A DNA stretch of 64,000 nt from an uncultured Alphaproteobacteria bacterium. GTDB lineage: Bacteria > Pseudomonadota > Alphaproteobacteria > 43-37 > CAWALT01. A program made the translations under genes and the position numbers. A model generated the notes under the pieces. The model was given only the letters and a program-made list of their open reading frames with translations, was not told where the DNA came from and did no database searches. The stretch spans positions 589,805-653,804 of the forward strand of contig CAWALT010000003.1 in assembly GCA_963782975.1 (NCBI GenBank). The letters run 5' to 3'. This document shows positions 1-10,950 of the stretch, one piece after another; position 1 is the stretch's first letter, and every line of letters starts with the position of its first letter.

Positions 1-582
1 GGGAACATAAATGGGTTAAACCTTGAAAAGGTTGGGGTGAAAGTTGATAAAAACCAAATTCTTACCAACGATTATTGCGAAACAAACGTAAAAGGCATTT
101 ACGCGATAGGTGATGTTGCTGGGGCCCCTTGGTTAGCTCACAAAGCTAGCCATGAAGGGGTGTTATGTATTGATTTTATTTTTGGTCAGCTAGGGGCACA
201 CAAACTGAAGCGTTCTCACATACCTGGTTGTACGTATAGCCATCCACAGATAGCTAGTATTGGGTTAACAGAAGAGAAGGCGAAGGCCATGGGATATGAG
301 CTGCGTATTGGGAGATTCCCTTTTTTGGCTAATGGTAAAGCAATGGCATTAGGGGAAACAGAGGGTTTAGTAAAAACCATTTTTGATAAAAAAACGGGGG
401 AATTACTTGGAGCCCATATGATTGGCGCGGAGGTCACAGAGCTTATTCAAGGATACGCTATTGCTAAGACGCTAGAAGCAACGGAAGTTGAGCTTATGCA
501 AACTATTTTTCCTCATCCTACTCTTTCAGAGATGATGCATGAGTCGGTGCTAAGCGCCTATGATCGGGCTTTGCATTTTTAG
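1..582 (+). CDS. lpdA: Dihydrolipoyl dehydrogenase (E3), C-terminal part; the gene starts upstream of the window
   Basis: The reading frame is open from nt 1 (GNINGLNLEKVGVKVD...). The conserved E3 dimerisation-domain motifs GDVAGAPWLAHKASHEG and HPTLSE are present. Confidence 0.85.
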   Translation, partial: GNINGLNLEKVGVKVDKNQILTNDYCETNVKGIYAIGDVAGAPWLAHKASHEGVLCIDFIFGQLGAHKLKRSHIPGCTYSHPQIASIGLTEEKAKAMGYELRIGRFPFLANGKAMALGETEGLVKTIFDKKTGELLGAHMIGAEVTELIQGYAIAKTLEATEVELMQTIFPHPTLSEMMHESVLSAYDRALHF

Positions 583-636
583 CGTGCCTTCGATAAGATG
601 GAAGTAAAGAAAAAGTGAGCTGGTAGAAGGAAGCGG

Positions 637-1560
637 ATGACAAAACACGACGTCGCAAAGAGCGTTCCTCTTTCCAAGCCTGAATGGATTAAGGTGAAGG
701 CACCTGTGTCCGCGGGCTATCAAGAGACGTATAAACTAATTCGCGAGTTAAAATTAAACACTGTCTGTGAAGAAGCCGCTTGCCCTAACATTGGAGAGTG
801 TTGGACAAAAAAACATGCCACCGTTATGATCTTAGGGAGTGTCTGCACGCGGGCCTGTGCTTTTTGTAATGTAGAAACAGGTTTGCCTGATAAGCTTGAT
901 CCTCATGAACCAGAACGGGTAGCAATGGCGGTAGGCCGCTTAGGCTTAGATCATGTGGTGGTTACATCGGTTGACCGCGATGATTTGGAAGATGGGGGGT
1001 CTTATCATTTTGTTCGCACAATTCAGGCTATTCGTGCGTTTGCTCCTACCACAACTATTGAGGTTTTGACCCCTGATTTTTTGCGCAAGGAAGGCGCTTT
1101 GGAAGCGGTCGTTAAAGCAAAACCCGATGTATATAACCATAACTTGGAAACAGTTCCTCGCCTTTATAAGACGGTTCGACCTGGTGCGCGTTATTATCAT
1201 TCTCTCTCTCTTCTACACCGAGTCAAACAGCAGGATCTAAGTATGTTTACGAAATCAGGTCTGATGGTAGGCTTGGGGGAGGGACCAGAGGAGATTTACC
1301 AGGTGATGGATGATCTACGCGCCGCTGAGGTTGATTTTCTTACTATTGGCCAATACATGCAACCAACTCCTCGTCATCATCCTGTCATGGAATACATTAC
1401 ACCTAAAAAATTTGCTGAGTATGCAGCGGTTGCGCGTAGTAAAGGTTTTTTGATGGTTTCATCTTCTCCTCTCACTCGGTCTTCTTATCATGCGGGCGAT
1501 GACTTTAAAAAGCTTAAGGAAGCACGCGAACAGTACCTTAAGGCACAAGCGAAAAATTAA
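637..1560 (+). CDS. lipA: Lipoyl synthase (radical SAM)
   Basis: Cys clusters [12 protein letters not shown] and CTRACAFC, which bind the auxiliary and radical-SAM 4Fe-4S clusters. The 307-aa length fits LipA. Confidence 0.9.
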   Translation: MTKHDVAKSVPLSKPEWIKVKAPVSAGYQETYKLIRELKLNTVCEEAACPNIGECWTKKHATVMILGSVCTRACAFCNVETGLPDKLDPHEPERVAMAVGRLGLDHVVVTSVDRDDLEDGGSYHFVRTIQAIRAFAPTTTIEVLTPDFLRKEGALEAVVKAKPDVYNHNLETVPRLYKTVRPGARYYHSLSLLHRVKQQDLSMFTKSGLMVGLGEGPEEIYQVMDDLRAAEVDFLTIGQYMQPTPRHHPVMEYITPKKFAEYAAVARSKGFLMVSSSPLTRSSYHAGDDFKKLKEAREQYLKAQAKN

Positions 1561-1567
1561 TAGAATG

Positions 1568-2017
1568 CCAAAACATAGAGAAAGTAAGATACTTCCTTTC
1601 GCAGCGGAAATTATCTACGATATTGTCCAGGGGGTGGAAGAATATCCTGATTTCTTACCTTGGTGTTCAGATCTTAAAATTATCGAAAAAAGTAAAGAAG
1701 TCATTATTGCGGACATGTTTATTGGTTACCAATTGCTCAATGAGCGTTTCCGTTCGATCGTAAAGTTGACTCCTAAGACGCGGATTGATGTAGAATATCA
1801 CAGCGGCCCTTTTAAATACTTAGAAAACCATTGGACTTTTACCCCTGTCGGAGAAAAAATTACACGAGTAGATTTTTTCGTCGATTTCGAATTTAAATCG
1901 TTGGGGCTTAATTTTCTCATGAGCTCACTTTTTGATAAAATCGTCCATCGTATGGTTCTAGCTTTTGAAAAACGCGCGTCCAAATTCTCATTGGAGAAAG
2001 TCAAAGGAGAAAGCTAG
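1568..2017 (+). CDS. SRPBCC-fold protein, Coq10/RatA-like (ubiquinone-binding / polyketide cyclase family)
   Basis: The ORF track gives 1490..2017, overlapping the lipA end. The likely true start is the Met at 1568 (MPKHRESKILPFAAEIIYD...). It is ~150 aa with START/Bet v1-like sequence and lies after lipA. Confidence 0.55.
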   Translation, partial: PKHRESKILPFAAEIIYDIVQGVEEYPDFLPWCSDLKIIEKSKEVIIADMFIGYQLLNERFRSIVKLTPKTRIDVEYHSGPFKYLENHWTFTPVGEKITRVDFFVDFEFKSLGLNFLMSSLFDKIVHRMVLAFEKRASKFSLEKVKGES

Positions 2018-2118
2018 AGTTCGCCAAGTTGAGCAAGAGTGAGGCGAGGGTGAGGCAAAAGCTTAACCGGCTTACCTTTATAATATATGGTTACGTCGAA
2101 GCTTGTCCTTGCTAATGA

Positions 2119-2493
2119 TTACGCTGTTTCATGATGAATGGTAAAGAGCGCATCAATACTACGTACCAGACCCTTAAGATGGACAGGCTTAGACACTACG
2201 GACATCGCTCGACCATTGCGAAGCCTGTTATGCAAAGAGAAAACAGCAAAGCCATTAATAATCATAATACGCAAATTTTTATATTTCTTCTGGACGCTAT
2301 CGGCTACCTGGAGGCCAATTTTATCGGGTAAGTCCAAATTAATGAGAAGAAGATCAAAAGGCGAGGTAGCCAAATAATCTTCTGCTTCGGCGGCTGTATG
2401 GCAAGTGGTTACCACATGCCCTGCACGTACCAAGCATTTTTTTATAAAATAGCTCAGGGCTTTATTGCTTTCAGCTAATAAGACTTTTGCCAC
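2119..2493 (-). CDS. Single-domain response regulator (receiver only), atypical
   Basis: 124-aa CheY-like receiver. The phospho-acceptor region DLLLINLDLPD is present, but the N-terminal acidic pair is replaced: LLAESN instead of the usual xxDD. Confidence 0.55.
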   Translation of the reverse strand: MAKVLLAESNKALSYFIKKCLVRAGHVVTTCHTAAEAEDYLATSPFDLLLINLDLPDKIGLQVADSVQKKYKNLRIMIINGFAVFSLHNRLRNGRAMSVVSKPVHLKGLVRSIDALFTIHHETA

Positions 2494-2609
2494 GTTTATC
2501 TCCTTACCTAGAAATGTTTTAGGTGATTTTTAACTTTTTTGCAACTTTTAGATCATTAATGTGGTGATAAGGGGAGAAAATTTCAACCCTTTACCAAACA
2601 TTTTCTTGT

Positions 2610-3371
2610 ATGAATAGAAGAGGAAGAGCGATGAAACGAGCAGAAAGAGGCGAAAAAATAATTATTACCATTATAATTTTTTTCGTTTTAGCCTGCGCCC
2701 CTCTTTCTCCTCTTTGTGCAGATCCAAGCGTCCAATGTTGTCAAGCGGCTCGTAAAATTGAGCGGAAACTTTTTCTCCCAAAAGGAATTTTACAAGCTAT
2801 CGCTAATATTGAATCAGGTAAACCTGCTCAAAATGGTGATCGGATGCCTTGGCCATGGGCTGCTAACGTTGAAGGCACAGGGCATTACTTTAAGACAAAG
2901 CAAGAAGCTATTGATGCCGTGAAACAATGGCAAAGTAAGGGGATTCAAAATATTGATGTTGGGTGTATGCAGGTAAACCTAAAGTACCACCCAAAAGCAT
3001 TTAATTGCTTAGAGGACGCATTTGATCCGGAAAAAAACATAACGTATGGTGCCCAATACCTTAAAACGCTTAAGAAAGAAGCTATAACATGGCGAAAGGC
3101 CATTGGCCATTTCCATTCCAAAGACGAAGGGAAAGCACAAGCTTATAGAAGCAAAGTCTTAACTTTGTGGAACAAACGCTCACATAATGACAAAGTATTC
3201 TTAGCCAATGTTTATCCTGCTTCTTCCTTGAAGAAAAAATCATTATTCAAATCTCAGCTTCGTGGCTTTTCTAAATCTCCTTCGAAGCGCAAATTTTCTT
3301 CATTGTCGTCTTTTCGTGGCCCGAGAAAAAGATTAAAAGGTATGGCGCTAAGGTATCTTAGCCAAAAATAA
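2610..3371 (+). CDS. Lytic transglycosylase (SLT domain) with signal/TM segment and a basic Lys/Ser-rich C-terminal tail
   Basis: ESG catalytic motif (IANIESG). The PWPWAANVEG and GCMQVN motifs are typical of alphaproteobacterial soluble lytic transglycosylases. The N-terminus is hydrophobic. Confidence 0.75.
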   Translation: MNRRGRAMKRAERGEKIIITIIIFFVLACAPLSPLCADPSVQCCQAARKIERKLFLPKGILQAIANIESGKPAQNGDRMPWPWAANVEGTGHYFKTKQEAIDAVKQWQSKGIQNIDVGCMQVNLKYHPKAFNCLEDAFDPEKNITYGAQYLKTLKKEAITWRKAIGHFHSKDEGKAQAYRSKVLTLWNKRSHNDKVFLANVYPASSLKKKSLFKSQLRGFSKSPSKRKFSSLSSFRGPRKRLKGMALRYLSQK

Positions 3372-3652
3372 GAAAAGTGGAGCCTAAAAAACTTCCTTTT
3401 TGTTAAAATCTACTTTCTTATGTTAACTTTGTTTGAAATCAGGTTCATCCCCGATACTCTTACCTCATAACATTTGAGTGATATCCTCTGTATCTTATAG
3501 AATTTTTTCTCTATTTAGGTGCCATCTTTTCATGGTAATAATTTTCAAGGGACTGTCTTGCTATCTTGAGAATTTTTTATTTTTATTAGAAAGCGGCAGG
3601 CAACAGTTGACGATTCCTACTAAAGTACGTTAGTGGTGAAACTGTAATATCA

Positions 3653-4897
3653 ATGATAGGGTATTGGAGGCAGATGAAACATTTCTCATTTCTTCAAACA
3701 ATACGGGCTATTCCCAAGCAAATATGGATCCTGGGAATATCTACTTTTTTAGTTAATATTTCCTCAGTGATTACGTTTAGCTTTTCTCCCCTTTATTTAA
3801 CGGTTGTTTTTGGGGTTACAGCTATGGGGATCGGTTCTTTGGAGGGAATTGTCGAATCGCTCTCCTATTTTATGCGTATCTTTTCAGGAATACTAAGTGA
3901 TTGGCTAAGGAAAAGAAAACTTTTAATCGTTTTAGGATATTTCTTTGTTGCACTAAGCCGGTTGATTTATCCGCTTGCCCAAGCAGCTACTTGGATATTT
4001 GCTGGACGTATTGTAGAACGCCTTAGTTATGGACTTCAAGTAGCCCCTAGAGAAGCATTCGTGGCGGATGTTGCACCGGCCCATTTGCGTGGTGCATGTT
4101 ATGGCTTAAGGCAAGCATTCGGTATGGTTGGGTCAGTTGTTGGGGGCGTCCTTGGTATCTGGGTTATGGAAATGAGTCATACTAATTATCGTCTTCTTTT
4201 TACTCTTGCTATTATACCAAGTTTTCTTGCTCTTTTTCTTCTTATTTTTCTTTTAAAAGAGCCAAAAGAACTTGCTAAGGAAAAAAAAGATGTAACTACA
4301 CACTTGAGCTTGGCAAGCTTTTCTTCGTTCTCCCCATCTTTTTGGATATTTATGGGCGTAATAGCTATTTTTATGTTAGGGCGTTACAGTGAAGTCTTTA
4401 TGATTTTATGGGTCAAAGACCTTGGGCTTTCAGAAAAATATGCTCCAGTAGTACTTGTTCTTATTAATGTAGCAAGTAGTATCTCTTCCTATCCTATCGG
4501 GGCGCTTTCTGATCGGCTTGATCGTCGTTTTCTCCTTGCTGCAGGATTAGTGTTGTTATTGATGGCGGATATATTCCTCGCTTTAGCTAATAGTTATATC
4601 GTGGCTTTATGGGGAATTGTTTTTTGGGGCCTGCATTATGGTGTTTCTTATGGTTTGGTTTTAGCTATGGTAAGTGATCGTTGTCCCAAGGAATTACGAG
4701 GAACAACCTTTGGAATTTTATTTGTGGTAATGGGCATTATGCTTTTATTAGCCAACCATCTTTCGGGGTGGTTAACCATAGCGTTTGGTGCGCCTGCTGC
4801 TTTCTGGTTAAGTGCTGTTTTAATGATTCTCGCATTGGGGTCTATGTGGTTTCTTAAGCCCTATCGTGTACCAGGTCGTCCTCTTGCCAATCCTTAA
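3653..4897 (+). CDS. MFS-family transporter
   Basis: 414 aa with about 12 predicted hydrophobic helices. The loop after TM2 has an MFS-like motif (GILSDWLRKRK, and GRIVERLSYG). Confidence 0.7.
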   Translation: MIGYWRQMKHFSFLQTIRAIPKQIWILGISTFLVNISSVITFSFSPLYLTVVFGVTAMGIGSLEGIVESLSYFMRIFSGILSDWLRKRKLLIVLGYFFVALSRLIYPLAQAATWIFAGRIVERLSYGLQVAPREAFVADVAPAHLRGACYGLRQAFGMVGSVVGGVLGIWVMEMSHTNYRLLFTLAIIPSFLALFLLIFLLKEPKELAKEKKDVTTHLSLASFSSFSPSFWIFMGVIAIFMLGRYSEVFMILWVKDLGLSEKYAPVVLVLINVASSISSYPIGALSDRLDRRFLLAAGLVLLLMADIFLALANSYIVALWGIVFWGLHYGVSYGLVLAMVSDRCPKELRGTTFGILFVVMGIMLLLANHLSGWLTIAFGAPAAFWLSAVLMILALGSMWFLKPYRVPGRPLANP

Positions 4898-5314
4898 AAT
4901 TGCCAAAGGCACACAATTATACGATAGTAGTATAGCCGTGTTTGGGCCCTGGGGATCTAATAATAGTTCTTGCCCTATATCCCCCGGGCTCTTGCGAGCC
5001 AGGCATCATGAGATGTCGTCAGTTTGCTCTCTAGAAAGTTGTATAGGCTAAAAGTCTTCTATTGGGCCATCAAAGAAGTTTTTGCTGTCGATCTCTATGG
5101 CCTGTTCCTTACTGTAAGGTAGGTGCCTTCGGCAATATACGTGGATAAAGCAAGTTAAAGAGCTGACATCTAAATATATTTACCAAGCGTTATGCCTTTA
5201 TTTGAGGTGTTTAGTAAGTTAAAGAGATGACTCGGTGATTGAAAGGTACGCATAAGTGTCGTATAATTTAAAACTTGTATTCCGTGAATAAATGCAGCAT
5301 TGGTGTTGAAGTGA

Positions 5315-6361
5315 ATGTCGATTGAAATAATTTGCCGTGAAGTTGTGGGTTTAATAGAGGTAGCAGACAGCGTAGAATCTCTCGAAAAGATTCGTATCCA
5401 GGAACTAGGTAAGTCGGGGCGATTTACAGCAATGATGAAAGAGCTTGCTGGCTTAAATACGGAAGAAAAGAAAGCTCGCGGCCAATCCCTCAATAAAGCT
5501 AAGCAAGAGATACTAAAGGCAATTGAAGCAAAGAAAAATAATCTTGAAGAAAACTGGCTCAACCAACGCCTACACAGGGAAGAGTTGGACCTTTCTCTCC
5601 CCATCCTTTTGCCTGAGCAAACAGGGCTTCATCCCATTACCCAAGCGATAAGCGAGATTAGTAGCATTTTTAGCCAAATGGGATTTTCAATCGAACGGGG
5701 CCCAGAAATTGAGGATGATCATCATAATTTTACGGCACTTAATGTCGATCCTCTTCACCCTGCGCGTCAATTAATGGATACTTTCTACTTACCGGGTACA
5801 AGGGATGGACATGCTCTCCTTTTGCGGACGCAAACTTCTCCCGTGCAGATTCGCGCTATGCGGAGCGGCAAGCCGCCTTTTCGTTTGTTGGCTCCTGGTC
5901 GTGTTTTTCGCTCGGATTATGATGCAACTCATACCCCTGTTTTCCACCAGGTTGAAGGGCTAGTCATTGATGAGGGTATCCATATGGGGCATTTGAAAGC
6001 GTGTATCCTTGAATTTTGCCACCGTTTTTTTGAAGTAGAGGATATGCCTCTTCGTTTCCGTCCTTCTTACTTCCCTTTTACCGAGCCTTCGGCAGAGGTG
6101 GATATAGGCTGTTCCTTTGAGGGAGGAAAACTCCATATAAGCCATAATAAAAATTGGCTCGAGATTTTAGGGTGTGGGATGGTTCATCCGAATGTTCTAA
6201 GGGCTTGTGGCTTGGATCCTGAGCATCACCAAGGGTTTGCCTTTGGGATTGGAGTGGAACGCGTAGCTATCCTTAAATATGGAATCCCCGATTTGAGGTT
6301 AATGTATGAGTCCGATGTTCGTTGGCTTCAACATTTTAATTTCGATATATTAGGACGGTAA
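5315..6361 (+). CDS. pheS: Phenylalanine--tRNA ligase alpha subunit
   Basis: 348 aa with class II aaRS motifs (FRPSYFPFTEPSAEVD, GCGMVHPNVL, FGIGVERVAIL). Confidence 0.95.
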   Translation: MSIEIICREVVGLIEVADSVESLEKIRIQELGKSGRFTAMMKELAGLNTEEKKARGQSLNKAKQEILKAIEAKKNNLEENWLNQRLHREELDLSLPILLPEQTGLHPITQAISEISSIFSQMGFSIERGPEIEDDHHNFTALNVDPLHPARQLMDTFYLPGTRDGHALLLRTQTSPVQIRAMRSGKPPFRLLAPGRVFRSDYDATHTPVFHQVEGLVIDEGIHMGHLKACILEFCHRFFEVEDMPLRFRPSYFPFTEPSAEVDIGCSFEGGKLHISHNKNWLEILGCGMVHPNVLRACGLDPEHHQGFAFGIGVERVAILKYGIPDLRLMYESDVRWLQHFNFDILGR

Positions 6362-6385
6362 GCCTGCGGTATTGCGGAGAATAAG

Positions 6386-8842
6386 ATGAAATTCACATTA
6401 TCTTGGTTAAAAGAGTATTTAGATACCACAGCATCTGTGGAGCAACTTACTGATGCTCTCATTCAGTTGGGCTTAGAAGTGGAAAATATAGAAAATCCCT
6501 CTCAGAGCTTAGCAGAGTTTAAAGTGGCTTACGTTAAGGATGTGAGAGTGCACCCTAATGCCGACCGTTTACGTATTTGTCAAGTGGAGACGAAAGAGGG
6601 GGAGGTAAAGGTTGTTTGTGGTGCTGCCAATGTAGCAGCTGGGCAGAAAATTATTTTTGCTCCTGTTGGGGCAACTATTCCTTCAACAGGGGTTGTATTA
6701 AAGAAAGCTGCTATTCGTGGTGAAGAAAGCTGCGGAATGATTTGTTCCTTTCAGGAATTGAAGATGAATGAGGAAGGGAGCAGCCAGGGTATTGCCGTTT
6801 TATCAGAGGATGCGCCGATAGGCATGCCAATCGCTGAATATTTAGAGATGGATGATCCTATTTTTGAAATTTTTGTTACCCCCAATCGTGCCGATTGCTT
6901 TGGTATTTACTATATTGCTCGTGATTTGGCAGCTAAAGGAATGGGCGAGTTAAAACCTTTACCAGATCTCTCTCTAGGAGAAGTAACTGGTCGAAGCCCC
7001 ATTCATCTATCGTTGGATCTTTCTGAGTCTGACAAGATGGCTTGCTCCCATTTTGCCGGGCGATATATCCAAGGGGTCAGAAATGGTCCGAGCCCTGCTT
7101 GGTTAAAGAAGCGCCTCAAAGCTGTAGGGGTCCGCTCTATCTCAGCAATCGTGGATATTACCAATTATGTTATGTTTTCGCTTAACCGGCCTCTTCATGC
7201 CTTTGATGCGGATCGAATTTCTGGGCAGGATGTACGTGTCCATACGGCAGAGAAAGGTCAAAAGTTCTTTGCCTTAGATCAAAAAGAATATGAGCTTGAC
7301 GCTATGATGACTCTTGTGTCCGATAGAGAAAAGCCTTTGGCGCTTGCGGGCATTATTGGTGGTCAATCGAGTGAGTGCTGCCCAAGTACGGTAAACGTTT
7401 TCCTGGAATCAGCTTTTTTCGACCCTGAGCGAACGACTTTAACAGGTCGAAAGCTTGGCATACTAACGGAATCACGTACCCGTTTTGAACGTGGGGTTGA
7501 TCCTAACATGGTGCGGTATGGTCTTGATTTTGCCACAAAACTTATCCTCGATATATGTGGTGGTAAGGCCAGCGAAGTGATCGAAGTAAGGAAACAAGAG
7601 GAAAAAAAGGAAAAAATTCTAGTATTGAGACGCCAGCGCCTTATTCAAGTTATAGGCAAAGATATCCCACAAGCCAAAAATTATCTTAATAAACTTGGTT
7701 TTAAGATAGATGAAAAAGCTTCCTCCTGGCAATCAGGTGTTCAATCGCTCACAAAAGATATTCTTACTCTGATCGTGCCCTCATGGCGTGTCGACATACA
7801 TCAGGAAGTGGATATTATTGAAGAAGTCATCCGTCTTGAGGGCTATGACGGTCTACCTCTCGAGCCTTTACCTCTCCAAGAAGATGTCTTAAGAAGACAA
7901 GCGTTAAGCAAAGAAAAATCGTTTGCAACCTCTGAGCTTCAAATAAAGAAGATTCTATGTACCCAAGGGTTAACAGAGGCTTATACCTGGTCCTTCATCA
8001 GCCCAGAGATGGCGGAATTATTCTCTAGCAAGCGGGACGACTTAACATTGGTTAATCCTATAAGCCAGGATTTATCGGTAATGCGTCCTTCCATTATTCC
8101 AGGGCTGCTGTTGGCAGCCAAGAAAAATCATGCGCGAGGCCAATCAAATGTGAACCTATTTGAATTGGGCACCGTTTTCTTTGGCACGAGCCTGGAGGAG
8201 CAACCCAGAGTCGTCACAGCTTTGCGAGCGGGGGTAAAGCATGACCCTCATTGGTCATCCAAACCTTCGGCAGTGACAGTCTTTGATATAAAGACGGACT
8301 TAGGCGCTGTTCTTAAGCGATATGGGCTGGATATTAATCGGATGACGCTTAGTAAAGAAGGAGTACCGAAATGGTATCATCCTGGGCGTTCTGTAACTGT
8401 GAAGCTTGGGAAAAATATATTAGGGTATTTTGGAGAGATTCACCCAAAAGTATTAAAAGGGTATGATTTTGAGAAAACCGTTGTGGCGTTTGAGCTTTTT
8501 ATTGAGAGGTTGCCCCAAAAAAAACAGAGCTTATCGAAAGGGCCTTTTGTTGCGACGAATTTAATGATGGTAACGCGTGATTTTTCTTTTATTGTGGACC
8601 GCGCTGTTCCAGCTCAGACGGTGCTTCAAACAGCTGAAAATGTTGATAAAGCATTGATTGTTAAAGCCGTTATTTTTGATATATTTGAGGACGGGGCTCT
8701 TGGTTCTCAGAGGAAATCTTTAACGCTTCGTCTTTGGTTGCAACCGAAGGTAAAGAGCTTTACACATGAGGAAATTGATCTTATAGCCAACAAAATTATA
8801 TCATCTGTGATAACCAAGACGGGGGGAGAATTAAGAGCGTGA
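6386..8842 (+). CDS. pheT: Phenylalanine--tRNA ligase beta subunit
   Basis: 818 aa. It has an N-terminal tRNA-binding (EMAP-like) domain, B3/4 and B5 domains, and a C-terminal FDX-ACB domain. It immediately follows pheS. Confidence 0.95.
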   Translation: MKFTLSWLKEYLDTTASVEQLTDALIQLGLEVENIENPSQSLAEFKVAYVKDVRVHPNADRLRICQVETKEGEVKVVCGAANVAAGQKIIFAPVGATIPSTGVVLKKAAIRGEESCGMICSFQELKMNEEGSSQGIAVLSEDAPIGMPIAEYLEMDDPIFEIFVTPNRADCFGIYYIARDLAAKGMGELKPLPDLSLGEVTGRSPIHLSLDLSESDKMACSHFAGRYIQGVRNGPSPAWLKKRLKAVGVRSISAIVDITNYVMFSLNRPLHAFDADRISGQDVRVHTAEKGQKFFALDQKEYELDAMMTLVSDREKPLALAGIIGGQSSECCPSTVNVFLESAFFDPERTTLTGRKLGILTESRTRFERGVDPNMVRYGLDFATKLILDICGGKASEVIEVRKQEEKKEKILVLRRQRLIQVIGKDIPQAKNYLNKLGFKIDEKASSWQSGVQSLTKDILTLIVPSWRVDIHQEVDIIEEVIRLEGYDGLPLEPLPLQEDVLRRQALSKEKSFATSELQIKKILCTQGLTEAYTWSFISPEMAELFSSKRDDLTLVNPISQDLSVMRPSIIPGLLLAAKKNHARGQSNVNLFELGTVFFGTSLEEQPRVVTALRAGVKHDPHWSSKPSAVTVFDIKTDLGAVLKRYGLDINRMTLSKEGVPKWYHPGRSVTVKLGKNILGYFGEIHPKVLKGYDFEKTVVAFELFIERLPQKKQSLSKGPFVATNLMMVTRDFSFIVDRAVPAQTVLQTAENVDKALIVKAVIFDIFEDGALGSQRKSLTLRLWLQPKVKSFTHEEIDLIANKIISSVITKTGGELRA

Positions 8843-10650
8843 CCAAAATTGACCAATCTCTTATCCGCAATTTTGCCATTATTGCTCATATTGATCATGG
8901 AAAATCAACCTTAGCAGACCGGTTGATCCAATTATGCGGCGGGGTAGAAGAGAGAGAAATGCAAGACCAGCTTCTTGACTCAATGGATATTGAGCGTGAG
9001 CGTGGCATCACTATAAAGGCCCAAACCGTTCGTCTTATGTATAAAGGGCAAGATGGCAAAACTTATCAGCTCAACTTGATGGATACGCCAGGGCATGTAG
9101 ATTTTGCGTATGAAGTTAGCCGATCGCTTGCCGCTTGTGAAGGTTCTTTGTTGGTAGTGGATGCTAGTCAAGGAGTAGAAGCACAGACATTAGCTAATGC
9201 TTATCAGGCCATTGAGAATGACCATGAAATGATCCCAGTCTTAAACAAAGTCGATTTACCCGCAGCGGATGTGGAAAAGGTTAAAACTCAGATTGAAGAG
9301 GTTATTGGCTTAGATGCTAAGGATGCTGTATTGATTTCTGCAAAAACGGGTGTGGGAGTTAACGAGGTATTAGAGGCCATTATTCATCGGCTTCCGCCCC
9401 CTAGAGGAAATGAAACAAAGCCCCTACGCGCGCTTTTGGTTGATAGTTGGTATGACACGTATCTGGGAGTTGTGATCTTAGTTCGGGTTATAGATGGCGT
9501 GCTATCGCGTGGGATGAAAGTTAAGCTCATTGCGTCAAAAGCAGTATATCAGATCGATAAGGTTGGCTTTTTTAGCCCTAAGAAGCAATTTACGGATAAG
9601 CTTTATCCGGGGGAAGTTGGTTTTTTTACGGCGAATATAAAGCATGTGGCTGATACCCAAATTGGGGATACCATCACCGAGGAGAAAAATCCTACGACTG
9701 AGCCTTTAGGTGGCTTTAAGCCGAGCATACCCGTTGTTTTTTGTAGTTTATTTCCCTCCGAGAGTAGCGACTTTGAAGTCTTACGAGAAAGCTTAGCGAA
9801 ACTGCGGCTTAATGATGCTAGTTTTGTCTTTGAGCCCGATACATCCCCAGCGTTGGGGTTTGGTTTTCGCTGTGGGTTTTTAGGGCTCTTGCACTTAGAG
9901 ATTATTGAGGAGCGCCTAGAGCGCGAATTTAACTTAGATTTGGTGACAACGGCTCCTAGTGTGGTTTATCGGGTTCATAGAACAAATCGGACAATGAGTG
10001 AGGTGCACAACCCCTCGGATATGCCGGACCCGGTCCAAATTGACTATATTGAGGAGCCATGGATAAAAGCTACTATTTTGGTCCCTGATGAGTATTTAGG
10101 ATCTATCCTTATGTTATGTACAGAGCGACGCGGAGAGCAACTAAACCTTACTTATATTGGAAGCCGCGCTATGTTGGTTTATCGTCTCCCTCTTAATGAG
10201 GTAGTTTTTGATTTTTATGATCGATTAAAATCGGTGAGTCGGGGCTATGCAAGTTTTGATTACGAAATGGATGGCTACAATCGAGGTGATCTTGTTAAAT
10301 TGTCTATTTTAGTCAATAATGAAACGGTTGATGCGTTATCCATGATTGTGCACCGCTCCCAAGCCCAGGGGCGTGGTCGAACTCTATGCGAGCGTTTAAA
10401 AGATCTCATCCCTCGGCAACTTTATAAAGTAGCCATTCAGGCAGCTATTGGTGGCAAGGTTATTGCGCGTGAGACAATCTCAGCGCTCAGGAAAGATGTA
10501 TTATCTAAATGTTATGGGGGTGATATATCCCGCAAACGGAAGCTACTTGAAAAGCAAAAGGCAGGAAAAAAGAAGATGCGGCAAGTTGGTAATGTGGAAA
10601 TCCCTCAAAAAGCATTTTTGGAAGTATTAAAGATGGATGATAAAAAGTGA
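8839..10650 (+). CDS. lepA: Elongation factor 4 (LepA)
   Basis: GTPase G1 motif [13 protein letters not shown], followed by DTPGHVDF and NKVD. The unique LepA C-terminal domain is present. A 4-nt overlap with pheT suggests translational coupling. Confidence 0.95.
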   Translation: MTKIDQSLIRNFAIIAHIDHGKSTLADRLIQLCGGVEEREMQDQLLDSMDIERERGITIKAQTVRLMYKGQDGKTYQLNLMDTPGHVDFAYEVSRSLAACEGSLLVVDASQGVEAQTLANAYQAIENDHEMIPVLNKVDLPAADVEKVKTQIEEVIGLDAKDAVLISAKTGVGVNEVLEAIIHRLPPPRGNETKPLRALLVDSWYDTYLGVVILVRVIDGVLSRGMKVKLIASKAVYQIDKVGFFSPKKQFTDKLYPGEVGFFTANIKHVADTQIGDTITEEKNPTTEPLGGFKPSIPVVFCSLFPSESSDFEVLRESLAKLRLNDASFVFEPDTSPALGFGFRCGFLGLLHLEIIEERLEREFNLDLVTTAPSVVYRVHRTNRTMSEVHNPSDMPDPVQIDYIEEPWIKATILVPDEYLGSILMLCTERRGEQLNLTYIGSRAMLVYRLPLNEVVFDFYDRLKSVSRGYASFDYEMDGYNRGDLVKLSILVNNETVDALSMIVHRSQAQGRGRTLCERLKDLIPRQLYKVAIQAAIGGKVIARETISALRKDVLSKCYGGDISRKRKLLEKQKAGKKKMRQVGNVEIPQKAFLEVLKMDDKK

Positions 10651-10704
10651 GGGTTGAATTTTTTATGAAGATAGGGTTATAAGAAGAAGACGCTTTTTTA
10701 TTAA

Positions 10705-10796
10705 GGAGGGATGGCCGAGTGGCTGAAGGCGCACGCCTGGAAAGTGTGTATACGTCTCAAAGCGTATCGAGGGTTCGAATCCCTCTCCCTCCGCCA
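10705..10796 (+). tRNA. tRNA-Ser (anticodon GGA), long variable arm, CCA encoded
   Basis: Acceptor stem ggaggga/tccctcc. The anticodon loop cctGGAaag gives GGA. T-arm gaggg-ttcgaat-ccctc, discriminator G, then CCA. The long variable arm is typical of Ser. Confidence 0.85.
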
Positions 10797-10950
10797 TTAT
10801 TCTATGAGCTTCTTAAAAGAGGCTCATAGAATAATGATAGATGGCTCGAGGACGAGAACCCGACAGAGGGTTCGGCGAGCCCTGGTGAGCGACGCCGTAG
10901 GCGGCCCCAAAGGGGTGAGCGTTAGCGAACAATCCCTCTCCCTCCGCCAC
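10797..10950 (+). repeat. Integration-scar-like segment carrying a duplicated tRNA 3' end (att-like direct repeat)
   Basis: The tRNA 3' end atccctctccctccgcca (10779-10796) is repeated exactly at 10932-10949. The second copy is preceded by gagggttcg, a partial T-arm interrupted by a GC-rich ~55-nt insert. A perfect inverted repeat attattctatgagc...gctcatagaataat lies at 10797-10840. Confidence 0.45.

Noticed and set aside
216-437. 73-aa ORF antisense inside lpdA, and similar short antisense or out-of-frame ORFs within lipA, pheS, uvrD, polA, acnA, dnaK, sucB, hflX and others (946..1200, 5960..6145, 25908..26123, 44738..45022, 46304..46909, 53125..54172, etc.)
   Set aside because: They lie wholly inside well-supported conserved genes on the opposite strand or in another frame, and have no independent domain signal. 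They are typical spurious ORFs.
5170-5604. 144-aa minus-strand ORF spanning the pheS start
   Set aside because: It overlaps the confidently assigned pheS 5' end on the opposite strand and has low-complexity sequence. It is most likely non-coding.
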